From IMG/VR virus record IMGVR_UViG_3300028394_000038: DNA of 64,000 bases. One strand, 5' to 3'. The notes beneath the pieces were generated by a model that ran no database searches, was not told where the DNA came from, and saw only the letters and a program-made list of their open reading frames with translations. Of the stretch, positions 1-8,468 are shown one piece after another. The number at the start of each line of letters is the position of its first letter. Within the stretch, counting starts at the first letter, position 1. The position numbers and the translations under genes are program-made. The DNA is from a virus.

Positions 1-69
1 AAAAAACAAGCAAGAGACTTACACGATCAATTCTTTAGCGCAAATGGATTACTCAACAACATCAAATAA
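1..69 (+). CDS. C-terminal end of a gene running in from the left edge (KKQARDLHDQFFSANGLLNNIK*)
   Basis: Open frame from base 1 to TAA at 67-69; overlaps the start of the next ORF, as is typical of this dense operon. Confidence 0.5.
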   Translation, partial: KKQARDLHDQFFSANGLLNNIK

Positions 70-466
70 CGTAGGCATTATTGCCCAAGAAGTACTTGAT
101 ACTATTACTATCGATACTAGCTCATGGAATATGAGCTCCGGTACTGGTTCTAGCTATTATTATACTGCCGGTGCAGGAGTTGGCGGCAGTTCTGATACTA
201 TTACTATCAGTAATGGCGGAACCGGTATCAGTAACTATACAATTGGCGGAGGTCTTACGTCGTCTGGTACTGTTAGTATTGGAACTATAACCGGAGTCGG
301 TACAGGATATAATTGGGGCATAACGGAAGAATTTGTAAATTGTTTGCCGGACTTTAATAGAGTACAGGCCATGTGTGAACAATATCCCGGATTAAAGATT
401 GCCTACGAAAAATTTGTAACAACATATAAGTTAGTGAAAGATGATTATGATAGTCCAAAAGATTAA
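44..466 (+). CDS. hypothetical protein, Ser/Thr/Gly-rich N-terminus, helical C-terminus
   Basis: ORF in operon context; C-terminal CEQYPGLKIAYEKF resembles the C-terminus of 889..1332. Confidence 0.75.
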   Translation: MDYSTTSNNVGIIAQEVLDTITIDTSSWNMSSGTGSSYYYTAGAGVGGSSDTITISNGGTGISNYTIGGGLTSSGTVSIGTITGVGTGYNWGITEEFVNCLPDFNRVQAMCEQYPGLKIAYEKFVTTYKLVKDDYDSPKD

Positions 467-920
467 AAACAAATTCTTTTCCTTTTTAGAAAAACATGAT
501 CGTAAACGTATCATTATGGATCGTCAATGTAACGAGCCGTTGTTAACTCGTTACTATCTGTTCTTGAAAGATCGCAAGCGTTTTCCGTTTAATGCGTTCT
601 TACACAAATTTCACAAAGGTGATCCTGGAGATGTACATGATCATCCTTGGCCTTACTTTACTTTAATTTTAGCAGGCGGCTATTACGAATGGGTGCCTAA
701 ATTTGCTAACGGGATTATGATTGGCGAAATTCGTATGTGGCGAGGCCCTGGTCATTTTAGATTTTGTAGTTCTACTAGCTATCATCGAATTGAATTAAAA
801 GAAGGTATTACGCCTTGGACCTTGTTTATGCCTGGTCCGCAAAGACGAGAATGGGGATTTCTTGTCAATAATAAATGGATACACACCGATGAGTACCTTG
901 AAACAAACAAGCAACATTAA
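441..920 (+). CDS. cupin-fold (RmlC-like) protein
   Basis: HDHPW...FTLILAGGYYE motif and later HRIEL...WTLF, typical cupin metal-binding motifs. Confidence 0.75.
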   Translation: MIMIVQKIKNKFFSFLEKHDRKRIIMDRQCNEPLLTRYYLFLKDRKRFPFNAFLHKFHKGDPGDVHDHPWPYFTLILAGGYYEWVPKFANGIMIGEIRMWRGPGHFRFCSSTSYHRIELKEGITPWTLFMPGPQRREWGFLVNNKWIHTDEYLETNKQH

Positions 921-1332
921 AAACGGATTGGTTGGAAGTACTGTAACCATTGCTCCTGGTTACGGAGCAGTACCTCCACAACTGAGCGGGCATGTTTATA
1001 CAACTACTTCTTCAGGTACATCTGGACAGTTTTTAACGTCCTCTGGCAGTAATGGAACTACTTGGACCACTGGCACTAGCACTATCAATGCCAATCCTGC
1101 AATAACTGTTAAACAAACCAATCCGCCAGAATTAGAAGTCAAAGGCAGGATGGTTATTAATGGTATAGACTTAGAAGAACGGTTGAATACAATCGAAAAA
1201 GTCTTGCAAATTCCCGAACGAGATGTTAAACTAGAAAAGAAGCACCCAAAGCTAAAGAAACTGTATGATGAATACATACACGCATTGGGTAAGTATAGAA
1301 CATTTGATGCACTTAAAGGAGATAACGAATGA
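889..1332 (+). CDS. hypothetical protein, Ser/Thr/Gly-rich N-terminus
   Basis: ATG at 889 is in frame with the ORF track; likely paralog of 44..466. Confidence 0.7.
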   Translation: MSTLKQTSNIKNGLVGSTVTIAPGYGAVPPQLSGHVYTTTSSGTSGQFLTSSGSNGTTWTTGTSTINANPAITVKQTNPPELEVKGRMVINGIDLEERLNTIEKVLQIPERDVKLEKKHPKLKKLYDEYIHALGKYRTFDALKGDNE

Positions 1333-1562
1333 AAACCTTACACGAATCAGTAGCACATACCTACAAAGAAATGACCATTAAAGAAAATCCTGGATTTAGG
1401 ATTCGTTTAGAAAAACACGAAGTAATTAATCCTAAAGGTTTGTTTAGCCTTGATATTATTCAAGAAAGTCTTAAAGACGGTGAAGTACAAGATACTGCTA
1501 CTTACAATTTCTTTATGACTAAAGATGAATTGCAAAATCTTGCACAGGGTTTAACTGCATGA
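1329..1562 (+). CDS. hypothetical protein
   Basis: AGGA RBS upstream; ATGA overlaps at both ends. Confidence 0.75.
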   Translation: MKTLHESVAHTYKEMTIKENPGFRIRLEKHEVINPKGLFSLDIIQESLKDGEVQDTATYNFFMTKDELQNLAQGLTA

Positions 1563-2068
1563 AAAAAATATACTACAGTTGGAAAGACGTCGAAGGTGCT
1601 TGTTTAGATATTGCTAGACAAGTAATTTCTAGCCAATGGCGGCCTGACTATATTGTAGGCATTACTCGCGGTGGTGCAATCCCCGCAGTAATGTTAAGTC
1701 AGTTTTTTAATATTCCCATGCGTCCATTACAAGTGTCTTTAAGAGACGGTGGAGATTGTGTTAGCGATTTAGGTATGGCCGAAGATGCATTTGGTCATGA
1801 TGAAGATCCTAAAAATATCCTTATTGTAGATGACATTAATGATCAAGGAAGTACAATTGCTTGGATTAAGAAAGACTGGCCGAGTGGCTGTTTTCCTGAT
1901 CATAACCAATGGACAAAGACATGGGGACATAATGTTCGATTTGCTACTTTAACAAACAATATGGCTAGTAAAGAAACTGTTGACTATAGTGTTTGGGAAG
2001 TTAACAAAGCAGAAGAAGATTGTTGGTTAGTTTATCCGTGGGAAGAATTTTGGCGCAATGACAACTGA
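1559..2068 (+). CDS. type I purine phosphoribosyltransferase (xanthine/hypoxanthine-guanine PRT-like)
   Basis: IVGITRGG motif, PRPP-binding loop ILIVDDINDQGST, C-terminal WLVYPWE typical of Gpt-like PRTases. Confidence 0.9.
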   Translation: MKKIYYSWKDVEGACLDIARQVISSQWRPDYIVGITRGGAIPAVMLSQFFNIPMRPLQVSLRDGGDCVSDLGMAEDAFGHDEDPKNILIVDDINDQGSTIAWIKKDWPSGCFPDHNQWTKTWGHNVRFATLTNNMASKETVDYSVWEVNKAEEDCWLVYPWEEFWRNDN

Positions 2069-2432
2069 TATTGAAAGGGCACTTGATGAAAAACGAGCAC
2101 CGTGGACAGGTATTGAATACCGAACCAAAGATTATTGGGTCTTCCGAGATGCCTACCCAGTTACGGAAGGACATCTGTTATTTGTGCCTACCAAAGAAGA
2201 CTGGGACCATCTCTGGGACTGTTACAAAGCCGCATACAAGTTCGGTTACATGGGAGTCGACTCGGGTAGGTGGGACGCTTTTAATGTCGGACAAAACGTT
2301 GGCGAGGCTGCTGGACAAACAGTAATGTATCCACACGTACATATGATACCTAGACGTACAGGCGATATGAAAGATCCGCGTGGCGGAGTTAGGCATGTTA
2401 TTCCAGAAAAAGGAAATTACAAAAATGAGTAA
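2058..2432 (+). CDS. HIT family nucleotide hydrolase
   Basis: DAYPVTEGHLLFVP and NVGEAAGQTVMYPHVHMIPR (histidine-triad region; first His replaced by Y). Confidence 0.9.
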   Translation: MTTDIERALDEKRAPWTGIEYRTKDYWVFRDAYPVTEGHLLFVPTKEDWDHLWDCYKAAYKFGYMGVDSGRWDAFNVGQNVGEAAGQTVMYPHVHMIPRRTGDMKDPRGGVRHVIPEKGNYKNE

Positions 2433-2604
2433 GTGTACTTGCGGCCGTACTATTAACGACCCTTGGTGTGATGGTAGTCACACATTAACCGAAGAACAGT
2501 ATAAAGAACGCTGTAGAGAAATCGAACTTGAGGAATACAAACGTCAAGCTCAAGAATTATGGAACGATTCATGCACTAGCATTAGGTCTAATGATGCCAA
2601 GTGA
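2425..2604 (+). CDS. CDGSH-type iron-sulfur domain protein
   Basis: CTCGRTINDPWCDGSH matches C-x-C-x2-(S/T)-x3-P-x-C-D-G-S-H; ATG at 2425. Confidence 0.85.
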   Translation: MSKCTCGRTINDPWCDGSHTLTEEQYKERCREIELEEYKRQAQELWNDSCTSIRSNDAK

Positions 2605-2797
2605 GTGCGATGTGCGTATCGACTGGGATAACCAAAATGGATTCTGGTGGAATGAAACTTGTGCATTAGTATTATCAGTTTTTGGGTTACCTGGAAATAG
2701 ATACGAGTCTCATCCAGACTCAGACTATATGCTGTTTAAATTTAAATCAAAAAAGGATGCAGAATTATGCCGCATACTGTTAAGCGAACGATTCTAA
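2591..2797 (+). CDS. hypothetical protein
   Basis: ATG at 2591 is in frame with the track ORF and overlaps the previous stop. Confidence 0.65.
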   Translation: MMPSECDVRIDWDNQNGFWWNETCALVLSVFGLPGNRYESHPDSDYMLFKFKSKKDAELCRILLSERF

Positions 2798-2970
2798 TAA
2801 CTATAGCAATCGGTGTATATGTTGCTGTAATGTTTTTAGTATTTCCAATGATAATGTCAAAAAAAGGTGATGTTATTAAGATTGACTGCACGTGGAGTGA
2901 GATAAGTCCAGACTTTAGTCCAGAAATAAAACAAGCGTGTCGTAAAGCTCGTATAGCAAATCCCACATGA
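2767..2970 (+). CDS. small membrane-anchored protein
   Basis: N-terminal hydrophobic helix (ILITIAIGVYVAVMFLVFPMI). Confidence 0.65.
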   Translation: MPHTVKRTILITIAIGVYVAVMFLVFPMIMSKKGDVIKIDCTWSEISPDFSPEIKQACRKARIANPT

Positions 2971-3269
2971 TAAAATTTAATCTCAGCTTACTAAATCCTT
3001 TCAAACACGAAAACTTTATTGGTTTATATAATTGGAGTGGTAAGATTACCAAAAATAAATCTTGGGAAGTAGAGTTATACTACTATGCCTACGAATGGTT
3101 TATTTTTAACATAGATCTATCTTGGATTGGTCGAGATCATGCTGGTCCAAATTTTGAAGTTGGTGTATTTGGCTACAATTTAAGTGGCAATATATACGAC
3201 AATAGACATTGGGATTATAAAAATAAATGTTGGGAAACACTTGACAACGACCTAAATAAAGTAGTATAA
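2967..3269 (+). CDS. hypothetical protein
   Basis: ORF in operon context with ATGA overlap. Confidence 0.65.
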   Translation: MIKFNLSLLNPFKHENFIGLYNWSGKITKNKSWEVELYYYAYEWFIFNIDLSWIGRDHAGPNFEVGVFGYNLSGNIYDNRHWDYKNKCWETLDNDLNKVV

Positions 3270-3270
3270 T
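3241..3270 (+). promoter_or_regulatory. sigma70-type promoter upstream of folE
   Basis: TTGACA (3241-3246), 18-nt spacer, TATAAT (3265-3270); a TAAATA late-promoter core lies inside the spacer. Confidence 0.75.
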
Positions 3271-3310
3271 AACACAAAGACATCCACGTCATTAACTCGG
3301 AGAATTAAAA

Positions 3311-4081
3311 TTGACAACATTTACAACAGAAGATTTACAAAATGTCATTGCTGGCGCAGAACAGCAGGGCGATGACGACAAAAACTATAAAGAAGCATAC
3401 TTAGGCGACTACCTTCGTTTTAAAATGAAACGTGAAGGAAAACGCTTTTGGGCTGGTGACAACATCAGCGAGTATGTTACTGAAGCTGACAAAGAACAGT
3501 TAATTAACGATGCCGCTGAAGCATTTGAAACTGTGTTAGATAGATTGCTAATTGATCGTGAAACAGATCCCAATAGCAAAGGTACAGCTAGACGATTAGC
3601 TAAAATGTATTTTAACGAAGTAATGGCAGGACGTTATGAACCAGCACCGGATGCAACAGCTTTTCCAAACGACAGTAAAGATAGGTATGAAGGCATGTTG
3701 GTGGTTAGGAGTGAGCTTCGTAGCATGTGTAGCCATCATCACCAGCCTGTTAGTGGTGTTGCCTACATCGGGATCATCGCCGCCCAAAAACTCATTGGAT
3801 TGTCCAAGTATACACGTATTGCCCAATGGTGTAGTCGTAGAGGAACCCTACAGGAAGAATTGTGTAATGACATAGCAAGAGAAATACAAAAGGCAACAGG
3901 ATCAGAAAACGTAGCAGTCTACGTTCAAGCAGTTCATGGGTGCTGTGAAAATCGCGGCATTATGGCACACTCTAGTCTAACACAGACTACAGTTTTAAAA
4001 GGTGCATTTAACACCGATGGCAACACAAAGAAAGAGTTTTTTGATAACATTAAACTTCAACAAGAATTTGCACCACGATGA
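3311..4081 (+). CDS. folE: GTP cyclohydrolase I
   Basis: SMCSHHHQP, IGLSKYTRIAQWCSRRGTLQEEL and HGCCENRG zinc/active-site motifs; TTG start after GGAGA RBS. Confidence 0.95.
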   Translation: MTTFTTEDLQNVIAGAEQQGDDDKNYKEAYLGDYLRFKMKREGKRFWAGDNISEYVTEADKEQLINDAAEAFETVLDRLLIDRETDPNSKGTARRLAKMYFNEVMAGRYEPAPDATAFPNDSKDRYEGMLVVRSELRSMCSHHHQPVSGVAYIGIIAAQKLIGLSKYTRIAQWCSRRGTLQEELCNDIAREIQKATGSENVAVYVQAVHGCCENRGIMAHSSLTQTTVLKGAFNTDGNTKKEFFDNIKLQQEFAPR

Positions 4082-4749
4082 CCTACTGTTTAATACCAAT
4101 GACTCTTCCCGAGATTAATAATCTTTTAGGGGCTAATTTTGTAAATACATTTCAAACTGAGATGGATTTGATTATTGCTCCTTTAAGAAAATATATTGCA
4201 AAAGGATATCCATTAGCACTAGGTAAAGAACAATGGGAGTATGTGGTTTCTGAATCTATTCCTAATGCAGAATGGTGTGGTGCAGGAAAAAGCATTATCG
4301 ATGTTAAGATTGGTAGCATAGGTATAGATGTCAAGGGCGTTAGTAAAGAAGAAACATCAACGTCGACTACCGAAGCTAGTATGTTCCAATCATTTAAAGA
4401 AGAAACAAAATTATATTTCAATAAAAAAGATACTGAAAGTATTTGGAATTTATTTGTCGATGGGTGGCTTTCCAAAGTTAAATCTGTAGATGAATATTAT
4501 CTTATTGGTATTGTTAGAGAAAAAGAAACGCTTAACTGCTCACTGTGTGCATTTAAGGTTGCTGACACTAATCTATTATACGAGGACGATCTTTGTAAGT
4601 TCACAAAAAAGTCTATGAAAGTATCAGGATTAGCAGATTCTGCATTTATTGAAACAAGAGTTTACAGTAGCAAAACTAGATTAGAAATTAAATTTAAAAG
4701 CAAAGTTTGGCAAGACCCTAACTATGCTTTACCAATTTACAAATTTTAA
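4078..4749 (+). CDS. putative PD-(D/E)xK restriction-endonuclease-like protein
   Basis: LGKEQWE helix followed by IIDVKIGSIGIDVKGVS (E...D...DxK pattern); no other recognisable motif. Confidence 0.45.
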   Translation: MTYCLIPMTLPEINNLLGANFVNTFQTEMDLIIAPLRKYIAKGYPLALGKEQWEYVVSESIPNAEWCGAGKSIIDVKIGSIGIDVKGVSKEETSTSTTEASMFQSFKEETKLYFNKKDTESIWNLFVDGWLSKVKSVDEYYLIGIVREKETLNCSLCAFKVADTNLLYEDDLCKFTKKSMKVSGLADSAFIETRVYSSKTRLEIKFKSKVWQDPNYALPIYKF

Positions 4750-4759
4750 GGAGACCCAA

Positions 4760-4951
4760 ATGTCACAACTAAGCAAACTAGCAAAAGTAAATGAAAATAT
4801 CAGCATCAATCGTTACGACAACGGTTGGATGGTTGAAATCGGTGGACGAGATAAAAAAGAAGATTGGAAAACTACCAAGACGCTTTGCAATTCAGAAGAA
4901 GAAGTACTTGCTCTAGTTAAAGAGTGGAATACATTACCTTTAGACGTTTAA
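4760..4951 (+). CDS. hypothetical protein
   Basis: AAGGAG RBS then ATG at 4760. Confidence 0.75.
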   Translation: MSQLSKLAKVNENISINRYDNGWMVEIGGRDKKEDWKTTKTLCNSEEEVLALVKEWNTLPLDV

Positions 4952-4961
4952 GGAGAATATT

Positions 4962-5660
4962 ATGTTTGGATCAAACTATACAGAAAACGGTTTTATTAAC
5001 TATCGTTCTGCTGGAGAAATCAATCAAGCCATGGGTCGTGTTTACGGTTACATGGGTCTTGCCACATTGGTAAGTATGCTGGTCAGTTTCTTTGTGGGGA
5101 CCAATCCAGAGTTAGTGCAGTTTTTCTTTACAGGTGCAATGCATTGGGTGGTAATGTTTGCGCCGTTGATTGCAGTATTTGGAATTGGCTACGCACTTAA
5201 CAACGATCCGCCAAAAGAAACTGCTATACTATTATTAGCAGGCTTTGCGGCTATCATGGGCTTGAGCTTTGCTGTAATATTTGCGGTCTATACTATGAGC
5301 AGTATTTTTAGTGCCTTCATGGGTGCTAGTGTTCTGTTTGGAACAATGAGCTTCTACGGATACTTTACTAAAAAGAATTTAGATAGTTTAGGCAAGTTTA
5401 TGTTTGTTGGATTGATTGCCATCATTATTGCCAGCGTTATCAATATCTTTATTGGTAGTAGTGTAATGCAGATGGTCATTTCAGCATTAGCCATTGTGAT
5501 CTTCATGGGACTAACTGCTTACGACACCCAACAGATTCGTGAAATGGTTAGCGTTGATTCTAGCCCTGCCGTAGAAGTAATAGGTGCTCTAACTCTGTAC
5601 TTAGACTTTATCAATATCTTCTTGAGCTTGCTACAGTTGTTTGGCGATAAAAAGGATTAA
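4962..5660 (+). CDS. Bax inhibitor-1 / YccA family membrane protein
   Basis: About seven hydrophobic helices; TAYDTQ and GALTLYLDFINIFLSLLQL signature motifs. Confidence 0.92.
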   Translation: MFGSNYTENGFINYRSAGEINQAMGRVYGYMGLATLVSMLVSFFVGTNPELVQFFFTGAMHWVVMFAPLIAVFGIGYALNNDPPKETAILLLAGFAAIMGLSFAVIFAVYTMSSIFSAFMGASVLFGTMSFYGYFTKKNLDSLGKFMFVGLIAIIIASVINIFIGSSVMQMVISALAIVIFMGLTAYDTQQIREMVSVDSSPAVEVIGALTLYLDFINIFLSLLQLFGDKKD

Positions 5661-5662
5661 TA

Positions 5663-6160
5663 ATGTCAGTATATCTAATTAAACCACTTGAAAAGAAAAG
5701 CGTAGTTTACCACGTAGAAATGTTTCGTGAAAATGCGGACGGTTCTACTAGTTGGTTTAACTTAGACGAAACATGGCGATGGGGTCAAGGATTTATTGAA
5801 TCAGATATGGATTGTAACCTTCCGTATAAAGATAGTGACCTTGCCTACTGTGATCCTAATGCAGGATGGGGTGCTGAACTAGACGATAGCTGTGCTTGCT
5901 GGTTTGAATTTAGCGATGATATTACTGAAGAAGAACAGGAAGCTATCAAAGAAGCATACTATGAAGGCGGTGCGGCTTGGTTGTTTGACGGCGAACATGA
6001 TTGGCAAGAAGAGGATTCAGCTATTCATGTGTTAGCACCTTTCCAAGTTAGTCTTGTTGAAGATGACGGTACTATTATCGAAGAAAATGTAGTATTAAAG
6101 GATCGTCCAAATCCTAATACAAGTTGGCCGTTTAGTCCAGAATTTCCTAAGGAAGAATAA
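5663..6160 (+). CDS. acidic hypothetical protein
   Basis: ORF in operon context. Confidence 0.75.
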   Translation: MSVYLIKPLEKKSVVYHVEMFRENADGSTSWFNLDETWRWGQGFIESDMDCNLPYKDSDLAYCDPNAGWGAELDDSCACWFEFSDDITEEEQEAIKEAYYEGGAAWLFDGEHDWQEEDSAIHVLAPFQVSLVEDDGTIIEENVVLKDRPNPNTSWPFSPEFPKEE

Positions 6161-6161
6161 A

Positions 6162-6377
6162 ATGAATTCAGTAGATATGGCAAATAATCTTATTCATCGA
6201 GCAAAGAACTTACAAGAGTTTGTTGTTGAAACCGATGTTCCGGAAGATTTTAGATTTAATGGCGTAATACCATTTGACATGCAGATTAAAGATAGTATAA
6301 TAAGTGCTAAAGTAATAGCACTTGACTTTGATGAAGCTGTTACACAACTTGATAACTTTTTAGAAAGCTGTAAATGA
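6162..6377 (+). CDS. hypothetical protein
   Basis: ORF with AAGGAAG RBS. Confidence 0.7.
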   Translation: MNSVDMANNLIHRAKNLQEFVVETDVPEDFRFNGVIPFDMQIKDSIISAKVIALDFDEAVTQLDNFLESCK

Positions 6378-6547
6378 ATCCGCAACACCTATATACAATA
6401 CGCTGGACACAACCCTATGCTACTTATCAGATGCGCCCGTATCTTCGCCAACTTCGTAATGACTATGAAGTTCAGATTGAAGATAAATTGGCTCGTGGTC
6501 AGTTCGATGATGCAAAAGCAGTCTTAGAAAGAATTATGAAATTATGA
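6374..6547 (+). CDS. small hypothetical protein (57 aa, MNPQHLYTIRWTQPY...ERIMKL), not in the ORF track
   Basis: Fills the gap exactly, with ATGA overlaps at both ends (6374-6377 and 6544-6547). Confidence 0.7.
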   Translation: MNPQHLYTIRWTQPYATYQMRPYLRQLRNDYEVQIEDKLARGQFDDAKAVLERIMKL

Positions 6548-6834
6548 ACTGGTTGAAACTCAAATTCCGAGATTGGATAAACAGCGCACAAGATATACAT
6601 GAAACATCTACACGATCAAGTCGATTAATTAGTAGTGCTGAAGAAAAGACTATTAATGATGATCCTGTATTAAATTTCAAAGTTTATTCAGCAGTAGGTG
6701 GTAAGGTTGTAGAGTTTAGACGTTATGATCGTAAAAGTGATCGCAATGATAGCACCACTTACATTATTACTAATGATCAAGACTTTGGCGATCGCATTGC
6801 AAAAATTGCAACTATGGAAAATTTAAAAGCATGA
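6544..6834 (+). CDS. hypothetical protein
   Basis: ATGA-coupled ORF. Confidence 0.75.
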   Translation: MNWLKLKFRDWINSAQDIHETSTRSSRLISSAEEKTINDDPVLNFKVYSAVGGKVVEFRRYDRKSDRNDSTTYIITNDQDFGDRIAKIATMENLKA

Positions 6835-7172
6835 AGATAGAAATTCCAGCAGAAGGTATTATGAAAACAGGCGATTGGGGAGATAGTAAAGTCTACCGAA
6901 TCGCCTGTAATTGTCACGATGAATCCCACAATCACAATGTATGGATAGAAGCAGACGACCATGATATTGTTGTAAACATTTATACTACAGGCAAAACTAA
7001 CTGGTGGAGTAAAACACGATGGTATCATATTTGGACATTACTAACCAAAGGTTATATCGATACCGAATCTAGTGTGCATTTAACCAAACAACAAGCTCTT
7101 AACTATGCAAATGTGTTACAATTGGCAATTAGTGATGTAGAAGAATTTAGGAAGAACAATGTCAAAAATTAA
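6831..7172 (+). CDS. hypothetical protein (CxC...H motif)
   Basis: ATGA-coupled ORF. Confidence 0.75.
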   Translation: MKIEIPAEGIMKTGDWGDSKVYRIACNCHDESHNHNVWIEADDHDIVVNIYTTGKTNWWSKTRWYHIWTLLTKGYIDTESSVHLTKQQALNYANVLQLAISDVEEFRKNNVKN

Positions 7173-8016
7173 AATTGCAGAATTATTTTATAGCGTACAA
7201 GGTGAAGGACGGTACATGGGTGTTCCGTCTGTGTTTCTACGCACATTTGGTTGTAACTTTAAGTGTGCTGGCTTTGGTATGCCACGTGGTGAAGAAAGCC
7301 ATGAAGCAACAGACCTTGCGGCTACACATACAATGATTAAAGCATTTGAAAAATATGAAGACTTGCCTTTGGTTAGTACAGGCTGTGATTCGTATGCTAG
7401 TTGGCATCCAGACTTTAAAGATCTAAGTCCAATGCTTGAAAGTAATGCTATTGTAAATCGAATTATGGAAATACTGCCGCACAAACGTTGGGAAGAAGAA
7501 CATCTTGTCATCACAGGTGGCGAACCTTTATTGGGTTGGCAACGTGCTTATCCAGAATTGTTAGAACACGCTAGTATGGGTAGACTTAAAGAAATTACAT
7601 TTGAAACAAATGGTACTCAGCCGTTAACTGATGAATTTAGATCATATTTGCACAACTGGCGTAAGGCAAATACAGATCGAGAGATTACCTTTAGTGTAAG
7701 TGCTAAACTTCCTTGTAGCGGAGAATCATGGGATGAAGCTATTCAACCACAGATTGTTTGCGAGTACGAATGGTTTGGTACTGCATATTTAAAGTTTGTT
7801 ATTGCTACAGAACAAGACTTTGCCGATGCTGAGTGTGCTATTGCGGCTTATCGTAAACAGGGATTTAAAGGGCATGTATACTTAATGCCAGTAGGCGGCG
7901 TTGAAAGTGTCTATGCAATGAACAATAAGAATGTAGCATTACTGGCAATGAAAAATGGTTTGCGTTATAGTGATCGTTTGCAAGTACCGTTATTTAAAAA
8001 TGAATGGGGAACCTAA
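7159..8016 (+). CDS. queE: 7-carboxy-7-deazaguanine synthase (radical SAM)
   Basis: ELFYSVQGEG, VFLRTFGCNFKC, LVITGGEPL, FETNGT and SDRLQV motifs of QueE. Confidence 0.9.
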   Translation: MSKIKIAELFYSVQGEGRYMGVPSVFLRTFGCNFKCAGFGMPRGEESHEATDLAATHTMIKAFEKYEDLPLVSTGCDSYASWHPDFKDLSPMLESNAIVNRIMEILPHKRWEEEHLVITGGEPLLGWQRAYPELLEHASMGRLKEITFETNGTQPLTDEFRSYLHNWRKANTDREITFSVSAKLPCSGESWDEAIQPQIVCEYEWFGTAYLKFVIATEQDFADAECAIAAYRKQGFKGHVYLMPVGGVESVYAMNNKNVALLAMKNGLRYSDRLQVPLFKNEWGT

Positions 8017-8468
8017 TGAATAAATGGATTGAAAAATTATTTGGCATTGATAAAATTAAAGCCAGAACAGAAGCCGCATTAAAACAAGCAGAAGAATCTA
8101 TTCAAGTAGCCAATAAAGCCGCAACTGCCGCTGAGGCCGCGCAAAAAGCAGAAGAACTAGCCAAATTAGATCCAAAGGCTCGTGCTACTGCCAAAGGTGA
8201 GCCATATGTAGCAGTACTTGATACTAAAGTAAATCCGGACAATGTACGTAATGGCTTTTTTGAGCTTGACTGGAATGACCTTTTTGTGTTACAATTGAAA
8301 CAAGCTGGATACGGATTTGACGGTGATGCCGACGAAGAGATTGTAGATCGTTGGTTTAGAGGATTATGCAAAGACGTGGCTAGCGAAGAAGGTATTGATA
8401 TGACTGACCGAGGTGCGGGTTATATTAATGTTCGTAAGTTAACCGAAGGTAAAAGCGAAGTTTCATGA
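8016..8468 (+). CDS. hypothetical phage protein
   Basis: ATG overlapping the queE stop; Ala-rich helix followed by a GFFELDWN domain. Confidence 0.8.
   Translation: MNKWIEKLFGIDKIKARTEAALKQAEESIQVANKAATAAEAAQKAEELAKLDPKARATAKGEPYVAVLDTKVNPDNVRNGFFELDWNDLFVLQLKQAGYGFDGDADEEIVDRWFRGLCKDVASEEGIDMTDRGAGYINVRKLTEGKSEVS

Noticed and set aside
3271-3310. preQ1 riboswitch in the folE leader
   Set aside because: Only a 3-bp GAC/GTC stem; no preQ1-I stem-loop plus A-rich tail consensus.
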